DNA of 64,000 nucleotides, from assembly GCA_964504195.1 (NCBI GenBank), contig CAZDDI010000006.1, positions 48,394 through 112,393 on the forward strand, read 5' to 3'. The DNA is from an uncultured Anaerolineales bacterium. GTDB taxonomy: Bacteria; Chloroflexota; Anaerolineae; B4-G1; SLSP01. Of the stretch, positions 57,285 to 64,000 are shown in pieces. The position numbers were made by a program, and so were the translations under genes. A model generated the notes under the pieces. The model was not told the DNA's origin and ran no database searches. It saw only the letters and a list, made by a program, of their open reading frames with translations. The stretch's first letter is position 1; each line of letters starts with the position of its first letter.

Positions 57285-59225
57285 TTACCGCTGCAAGTCA
57301 AAAACCTCGATGTTCCAAAGATCCGAATCTTCGGTCGAATCCATGATAAACCCAACAACCTCAGGACGATAGACGGCAAGTTTCGCGTGCAGGAAAAGTG
57401 GAATTACCGGTAGCTGCTCGGAGAAAATACGTTGTGCTTCTTTATGCCCTTCGATATAAGCATCAGTGCCGGGTAACGACTCCAAGGCCCTACGACAAGC
57501 CACATCATACGCCTCATTACTAAAGCCAAGGATATTATGCCCCCCCCACACATTCTCTGCGGAGGGAATTTCCCAGGAAGCGTAGAGATGGCAAGATGGC
57601 TCAACATCTGGGAGCCAGGCAAACGAACTTACATCAAATTGCCGCCCGAACAATGGGCCAGTAGGGCCATCAGCAAACCACTCAGCAGCAGAAAAATTCT
57701 GGAGGTCAACCTGGATGCCACAGTCGGCCAGGTTCTGCTGGAAAAGTCGCATGTATTGTATGCGCAAAGGCAAGGTGGTAGAGGCCCAAATGAACGCCAG
57801 CTGAGTGCCATCAGCAACCCCTTCAACCTCCTGGGCCACCCGCATCCCAGTGTCTGCATCAGCTACCCATCCCATTTCGTCAAGTAACGCCCTACCCTGA
57901 TCTGGATCATAAGCATAGGTGGTCAGACGGTCATCGGCATAGAGGGGATGGTCGGGAGGAATATAAGTATCAATGACTTGAGAGCGCCCGTACATAACAT
58001 CATCAACCACGCTCTGCCGATCCAGACAGTAGGCAATCGCCTGACGCATACGGACATCTTCAAAAAAATTAGGACGCTCGTAAGTTTCCACTGGCGTAAT
58101 ACCAAAGTCCAGATGTTCCCAAATAGCATTCGTGACAAACTGTAGATTCAACACATTATACTCTTCCATTTGGAGGAGTAGTTCGGCTTGATTTGTCAAA
58201 GCCACATCTTGTGTAACAATATCACAATCCCCGGACAACAGTTGCACCACCGCAGCATTCACATCACTCACAAAGCGGAAGATGACCCTATCCACATACG
58301 GTAAACCCTCAGCCGCACGGAAGTAGTAAGGATTCCGTTCAACAGTGATATGATCGCCAGCTACCCACTCAGTGATGAAAAATGGCCCCCACCCTAACGG
58401 CAAACGCGATGATTCCTCAGCTTCGACCAGGTCTCTGGGCATATAGCCCAAGAGCTCCTGCCACTGGTGACGGGGCAAGGGCGGCCAAAAGTTAGTGAAA
58501 TAGACATTATCAATATAACCCGGCAGCCCAGTCCAAACAGTGGTACGGGCATCCCGGGCCTCATAATAAGCGGTACGCTGATGGGTATACGTATAGCGGG
58601 ATACAGGGGTATCAGGAGCGCCGACCAGCTCAAAGCTGTACACCGAGTCGTCGGCAGTCAATGGTGTGCCATCCGACCACTGTACCCCTTCTTGGATGAC
58701 AAAGGTTGCTGACATCTGATCCATCTGCAACGGCTCACCGAGAAACTCGACCTCACAATCAGCATTGCGACAACCGGCAGGACGCAGCTGCACACCCGTC
58801 ACCAATTCAACAACCTCATCCGCTGCATTGACGATTAAATCACCTGCCTGCACAATCACCACACTCAAATCAGCATCATCATCGGCAAGACTGGGGAGCT
58901 TCTCAAGGATAATGGGCTGATAGGTATATGTACGATTATCAATCGGGCCATCATATATGGCCTGGTGAATGTGTTGTGCAGCTGGCTGCGCGCCGCCCCA
59001 CAAATACAGATTGTCCGGCTCCTGACTCTGGCACACAATCAAAGTTTTAGGTTCAGGAAGCACCTCTTCCGGTGTGGGGGTAGCAAGCGGCACCGCATCC
59101 ATCGTAGGCTCGCTCACTGGAGACTGTGTTAAAGGTATTTGCGTTTGATCAGGCCCACAGGCAGTCAACACCAGACCTGAAACAATTAAAAGAGCAACCA
59201 CAAGCATTAACTTTCTGCGAAACAT
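57285..59225 (-). CDS. Peptide ABC transporter substrate-binding lipoprotein
   Basis: VLTAC lipobox; WSDGTPLTADD, RMRQAIAYCLDR; start MFRRKL at 59225. Confidence 0.9.
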   Translation of the reverse strand: MFRRKLMLVVALLIVSGLVLTACGPDQTQIPLTQSPVSEPTMDAVPLATPTPEEVLPEPKTLIVCQSQEPDNLYLWGGAQPAAQHIHQAIYDGPIDNRTYTYQPIILEKLPSLADDDADLSVVIVQAGDLIVNAADEVVELVTGVQLRPAGCRNADCEVEFLGEPLQMDQMSATFVIQEGVQWSDGTPLTADDSVYSFELVGAPDTPVSRYTYTHQRTAYYEARDARTTVWTGLPGYIDNVYFTNFWPPLPRHQWQELLGYMPRDLVEAEESSRLPLGWGPFFITEWVAGDHITVERNPYYFRAAEGLPYVDRVIFRFVSDVNAAVVQLLSGDCDIVTQDVALTNQAELLLQMEEYNVLNLQFVTNAIWEHLDFGITPVETYERPNFFEDVRMRQAIAYCLDRQSVVDDVMYGRSQVIDTYIPPDHPLYADDRLTTYAYDPDQGRALLDEMGWVADADTGMRVAQEVEGVADGTQLAFIWASTTLPLRIQYMRLFQQNLADCGIQVDLQNFSAAEWFADGPTGPLFGRQFDVSSFAWLPDVEPSCHLYASWEIPSAENVWGGHNILGFSNEAYDVACRRALESLPGTDAYIEGHKEAQRIFSEQLPVIPLFLHAKLAVYRPEVVGFIMDSTEDSDLWNIEVFDLQR

Positions 59226-59745
59226 ACACTCCTCCTCAGGAAATCTCAAATCAACAAATCTCAAAGCAAAACTAGCGTAACGCGGAGCGTCTGCTCCGCG
59301 CGCGTGAACGGCGCGCATCTATGCGCTGACAGTTCGCGCTACATTTTCATCCAATCGCTGGGGAACCACCGGTTAATAGGAATTCCCGTGAAAATAGCGA
59401 ATGGCGCATCTCAACTGCTTATCCAATCGCGGATCTAACGATCCGCTCTGAGCACGCTGGCTCTGAGGGGAACGTCAGTTCCCCGAATTTTCAGATTCTT
59501 CATCTTAATGGCATTGACTACTGTATTATAAACGACTTTCCTAAATATCAAGCTATTCTTAAACCGCCACACAAGTACAGAATAACAGCATTGGGCCATT
59601 CAAAGCAGCCCGTACGCATACACCCTACAACGCAAAACGTGAAACGCGAATGAATTCACGTTTCACGTTTTGTGCGTTTCATAGCGCACGAACAGGCAGA
59701 GACTAGACTCCAGACATTGCCCGGCTCAGCCAAATCCTTAGCAAT

Positions 59746-59958
59746 TCACTTATCCTGTTCGCGCTTGTGAGTTTGAACATACAAAACCCCGCCCACAAAG
59801 CCCATAACCATCCCCGCCAAAGAGGCGGCATACGAGGCGAAGTTCAAGAAAAACGTGGATTCTAACAGGCGCAAAACCATCAGCAAAGGGCCGAGAAATC
59901 CTAAGATCACCAGCACCATGCCAACAAGAATCAATCTACCGGGCGACCACCACATCAC
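59746..59958 (-). CDS. Small two-TM protein
   Basis: Coupled to the ABC ATPase stop. Confidence 0.7.
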   Translation of the reverse strand: MMWWSPGRLILVGMVLVILGFLGPLLMVLRLLESTFFLNFASYAASLAGMVMGFVGGVLYVQTHKREQDK

Positions 59959-60995
59959 TTATACAACCAACAAGCCACCAGATGATCCGGCTCCGTCTCA
60001 AAGTGCGGCGGCTCTTGTTCATTGCACAAGCCCGCAATCATCTGCGCACAACGCGGATGGAAGCGGCAGCCCTTGGGGGGCTTGACCAGGCTGGGCGGTT
60101 CCCCAGGCGGCACATCTCGGAAGCGGGTTGCGTTGTCTGCGTCTGGGTCAGATGTAGCCGCCAGCAACGCTAGCGTGTATGGATGATTGGGATTGCGAAT
60201 CAAATCCTCGATGCGGGACTTCTCCACGGCCTGCCCCGCGTACATCACAAAGACCCGCTCGGAGAAGTAACGCACGGTGGAAAGGTCATGCGTGATGTAG
60301 ATGAAGGCCAGGTTGTGCTCTTCCTGCAAACCGCGCAGCAACTTGAGAATCTCGACACGCACCGACGCATCCAACATCGAAACCGGCTCGTCGGCTACGA
60401 TGAGCTTAGGCTCCAAGAGCATAGCCCGTGCAATCACGATACGCTGTTGCTGACCGCCGCTCAACATATGAGGGAACTTCTGCAAGAAGTCCTCCGGCGG
60501 GGACATCTTCACCTCACCCATTACCTTGTTAATGCGCCGGACCCGTTCTTCTTTACTCTTAATACCATTGACGATTAACGGCTCTTCCAAAATGCGTTGG
60601 ATGGACATAAAGGGCGCAAGAGCGCCGTAAGGGTCCTGCTGCACGAAGCCAATCTTGGAGCGATAGATGCGCAAGTTCTCGCCACGCTGTGCGGTCAGCT
60701 GATCCCCGCCAAAGTAGATATCCCCTTTGGTCGGCGTGTTCAAGCCCAGGATCGTCTTCATCAGGCTCGACTTGCCGCAACCACTTTCACCAACAATGGC
60801 AATTGTTTTACCGTAGTGCAGATCAAAATCCACCCCATCCACTGCACGTACATAACCAGCGTGCCCAAAGCCAAAGCGGCGCAGCTCGAACCATACGCGC
60901 AAGTTCTGCACCGACAACAACACATCATCCGCTATTTCTCTGTCCATTGCCAATCCCCCATTCTGGGCTTTCCCGATTACATTTTGCTCAGCCAT
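59955..60995 (-). CDS. Oligopeptide ABC ATP-binding protein (OppF/AppF)
   Basis: GESGCGKS, LSGGQQQR, ADEPVSMLD, C-terminal CRFHPRC. Confidence 0.93.
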   Translation of the reverse strand: MAEQNVIGKAQNGGLAMDREIADDVLLSVQNLRVWFELRRFGFGHAGYVRAVDGVDFDLHYGKTIAIVGESGCGKSSLMKTILGLNTPTKGDIYFGGDQLTAQRGENLRIYRSKIGFVQQDPYGALAPFMSIQRILEEPLIVNGIKSKEERVRRINKVMGEVKMSPPEDFLQKFPHMLSGGQQQRIVIARAMLLEPKLIVADEPVSMLDASVRVEILKLLRGLQEEHNLAFIYITHDLSTVRYFSERVFVMYAGQAVEKSRIEDLIRNPNHPYTLALLAATSDPDADNATRFRDVPPGEPPSLVKPPKGCRFHPRCAQMIAGLCNEQEPPHFETEPDHLVACWLYK

Positions 60996-61011
60996 GTGTA
61001 CCTCCTGCACC

Positions 61012-61968
61012 TCAGCTGTACAACCAGCACTTAACCAGACGGCCATCCTGTTCGGTAATAGGCGGCTCTTGGGAACACCGGTCGAAGCGCTTGGTGCAAC
61101 GCTCAGCAAAACGACATCCCGTAGGCGGGAATAGCAAGCTCGGCGGCTGCCCAGTGATAAAGTCCGGCTCCTGATGTCCACGCAAGCGCGGCACACTCGC
61201 CATCAGCTTTTGGGAGTAAGGATGCAACGGTTCATGGAAGAACCGGTGTGCGTCGCTGGTCTCGACGATCTGCCCGGCATACATCACGGCCACGCTATTC
61301 GCCAACTCACTAGAGGTAGCGATATCATGCGTGATCAGGATAAAACTGATCCCCAGCTCACTTTTGATACCCTTGAGCACGTTAAAGATATTGGCCTGGG
61401 TCAATACATCCAGCGCCGAGGTCGGCTCGTCCAACACGATCAGGTCAGGCGATGTAACCAACGACATGGCAATTGCGACACGCTGACGCATCCCCCCACT
61501 CAGCTCGAAGGCATAGCGATGCAGGAAATCCAACGGAACACCCACATGCTGGAACATCTTACTCGCCTGCGCCAATGCTTGCTCTTTGTTTAGGCCGTTG
61601 TGAATGATACAAGGCTCGGCAACCTGATCACCAACTTTCATTACCGGGTTGAGCGAGTTCATTGCCGCTTGAGGAACCATGGACATGCGCAACCAGCGCA
61701 CCTGGCGCCGGTACTGCTCGTCACTCAGCTGCATCACATCTTCGCCGTTGAGGTACACCCGGCCACTATAGGTACTGACATTCTTGGGTAACAACCGTAG
61801 AATAGCCTTCGCCAACGATGTTTTACCGCACCCCGACTCACCCAAGACCACAACGGCCTCGTCACGACCCAGACGGAAATTTACCCCGTCAACAGCCCGC
61901 ACATCACCTTTAGAAGTACGGAAATGCAACACCAGGTCTTCTACACTCAACAAAATTTTATCGGTCAT
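61012..61968 (-). CDS. Oligopeptide ABC ATP-binding protein (OppD/AppD)
   Basis: GESGCGKT, ELSGGMRQR, DEPTSALD. Confidence 0.93.
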   Translation of the reverse strand: MTDKILLSVEDLVLHFRTSKGDVRAVDGVNFRLGRDEAVVVLGESGCGKTSLAKAILRLLPKNVSTYSGRVYLNGEDVMQLSDEQYRRQVRWLRMSMVPQAAMNSLNPVMKVGDQVAEPCIIHNGLNKEQALAQASKMFQHVGVPLDFLHRYAFELSGGMRQRVAIAMSLVTSPDLIVLDEPTSALDVLTQANIFNVLKGIKSELGISFILITHDIATSSELANSVAVMYAGQIVETSDAHRFFHEPLHPYSQKLMASVPRLRGHQEPDFITGQPPSLLFPPTGCRFAERCTKRFDRCSQEPPITEQDGRLVKCWLYS

Positions 61969-61972
61969 CGCT

Positions 61973-63316
61973 CTACACCTCTCGCAAGCGTGGGTTGAAG
62001 ACGCGATCCAGGGCAAACCCCACCATCGCAAACGCCAAGCCAGTCAACATCAGCAACACAGTCGGCTGTAAAATCCAGTAGTATTGCCCATTGTACAGCG
62101 CCCCTTGTGAATGCGCATCATTAATCAGCTTGCCCCAAGTTGGCAGCACTGGGTCACCCAGACCTAACACAGCCAGCGCGGCCTCCAGGAACACGAAACC
62201 AGGGATGCCGTTGACCAGATTCGGGATCAGCACCGGAATGATGCGCGGAATCAGGTAAAGGGTAATGATGCGCGCGTTACCGGCACCATACGCCTTCGCC
62301 GCCTCGATGTAGGGCGCTTCTTTGACCTGGAGGAAAATCGCGCGGTACCCTTTGACTGCCCCCCCGAAAATGCTCAACGCAATAATCCAACCCAACATGG
62401 CCCAGATACTCCGCGATTGGAAAGTCCCCACCATAATCAGAATGGGTAAAGTGGGTAAGAGCATGTTCACCTCGGTAATGCGCTGAATCAGTTCATCCAG
62501 CACGCCGCCGAACCACACACCGATAGCAGCTATGAACATTGAGAGAATCGAGGTACCCAGTGCGCCCAACAGCCCGAACGAAAGCGCAAGAGGAATACCC
62601 CAGAGCAACGCCACACTCAGATCGCGCCGCCGATGATCCGTGCCGGCCAACCCATGCACCTGCCCGTACAAGACGAACTTCGCATCCAGGTCTGCATCTG
62701 CCTCGAAAAGCAATGCCTCGACACGCAACGTATAGGTCCCTCTAAGCGGCTGCTCACCATCAACTTCAGGATCATCGAACAGCGCAACTTGCGGTTGTAT
62801 CCCCCGAAGGCGGCGCATCAGCCGATCATCCTGATCGAAGCGGTAAGTCTGTGAAGGGCGTGAAGTAAAATCACCCAAACGAATCTCACGTCCATCTGGC
62901 GTCACCCAGAACATTGCCACATACGGGGCAAGCGACTCATATTTAGCGGTATAGAATACAATTAAATCTCGGGGGAAAGCATCGTAGTTATAATCGAAGG
63001 TATATTCTAGCAATACATCTGTCATACCATCGCTCATAGCCGTCATCTGCTTGCCCACCAGCTCACTCTCGTCAGTCAACACGACGCTCTCAGGAAGCTT
63101 CTGCTGACGGAAGAGATTAGTCCAGGCAGGCGGCACAGCGCGCGGATTATCGCCCCACACCTCCTCACCACCACGCCACAAGCGAATGGCCTCACTGTAC
63201 GGGATTGTAACGATGGTATAGATAGACAACAGCACCAGCGTAAAAATTATCAACAACCCGACTACTGCGGTAGGGAACTGCATCACATCCTTAAAGGCCC
63301 GTCGCAACCCACTCAT
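61973..63316 (-). CDS. Oligopeptide ABC permease (OppC-like)
   Basis: GTDHRRRD, EAAKAYGAG, LEAALAVLGLG. Confidence 0.9.
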   Translation of the reverse strand: MSGLRRAFKDVMQFPTAVVGLLIIFTLVLLSIYTIVTIPYSEAIRLWRGGEEVWGDNPRAVPPAWTNLFRQQKLPESVVLTDESELVGKQMTAMSDGMTDVLLEYTFDYNYDAFPRDLIVFYTAKYESLAPYVAMFWVTPDGREIRLGDFTSRPSQTYRFDQDDRLMRRLRGIQPQVALFDDPEVDGEQPLRGTYTLRVEALLFEADADLDAKFVLYGQVHGLAGTDHRRRDLSVALLWGIPLALSFGLLGALGTSILSMFIAAIGVWFGGVLDELIQRITEVNMLLPTLPILIMVGTFQSRSIWAMLGWIIALSIFGGAVKGYRAIFLQVKEAPYIEAAKAYGAGNARIITLYLIPRIIPVLIPNLVNGIPGFVFLEAALAVLGLGDPVLPTWGKLINDAHSQGALYNGQYYWILQPTVLLMLTGLAFAMVGFALDRVFNPRLREV

Positions 63317-64000
63317 AATTTCGCACCTCCGCTACCAACACGCACACGAGGATCTACCAGCGCATAGATGAAGTCCAACAAGAAAACTGTGATTACCAGC
63401 ATGTAAGCATAGATAACCGTCGTGCCAACAATCACGGGGGAGTCAAACAGCCCAATTGCACGCTGTATCAAGCTTCCGAGACCCGGCCAGTTAAAAACTG
63501 ATTCCAAAATGATCGCGCCCTGCCACAAACTAATCAACATCAGGAGGAAGTTGGTGATGATGTTGGGTAAGGTGGGGCGTAATACGTACCGGCGCTCGAT
63601 TTCACGCGCGGATAGGCCCTTAGCACGCGCCAACTCCACATAGTCTTCCATTGAGAAGATCAGAAAGAAAGTGCGATATCCATACGTACTAGCGAAGAAC
63701 CCGCTCAACATCCAGGCTGTCACCGGCAAAATCAAATGGCGCAACAAACTAAGCGTATACTTCACAGGATCCTCGGGCGGGGGCGCTGCTACCATGCCCC
63801 CAAAGGGCAACCACCCTAATACCGCCGAGAACAATAGTATCAAGAAGATACCGTAAAACCAGGCCGGTGCGGCAGAGAAAGGCGACATGCCAATAACCAG
63901 CTTATCCAGAATGTTCCCGTAATTACGCGATAAATATAAGGCGAAGAAAACACTGGTGAAGAAGAGTAAGAGGTTAGCGGTTGCCATCAAGAGCAAGGTA
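63313..64000 (-). CDS. Oligopeptide ABC permease (OppB-like), 5' end outside the window
   Basis: YVELARAKGL, LESVFNWPGLG, LVDPRVR. Confidence 0.9.
   Translation of the reverse strand, partial: TLLLMATANLLLFFTSVFFALYLSRNYGNILDKLVIGMSPFSAAPAWFYGIFLILLFSAVLGWLPFGGMVAAPPPEDPVKYTLSLLRHLILPVTAWMLSGFFASTYGYRTFFLIFSMEDYVELARAKGLSAREIERRYVLRPTLPNIITNFLLMLISLWQGAIILESVFNWPGLGSLIQRAIGLFDSPVIVGTTVIYAYMLVITVFLLDFIYALVDPRVRVGSGGAKL

Overview
Bacterial chromosomal window; the protein families and sequence style suggest Chloroflexota/Anaerolineae (inference). Bases 1-9304 are the right part of an integrative element. It carries a partial ParA, an FtsK/SpoIIIE translocase followed by six 9-bp direct repeats, small membrane proteins, a tyrosine recombinase, a divergent regulator pair with three operators, a lamin-tail-domain cargo gene and an iteron-like non-coding region, and it ends in a 3' fragment of tRNA-Pro(TGG), the likely attR. 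The layout resembles actinomycete TraB/clt-type integrative conjugative elements. The rest is host chromosome: pcrA, der, sensor kinases, a glycerol (glpK) operon, an S8 peptidase, a fused SHMT-GcvT gene, a Tad/TadE cluster with a divergent ECF sigma/anti-sigma pair, a chlI/chlD-like chelatase gene with a -1 frameshift signal, a ttuB/ttuA-like pair and an oligopeptide ABC operon. The intergenic space is rich in MITEs with target-site duplications, REP-like hairpins, heptamer repeats and a CRISPR-like but non-CRISPR array.
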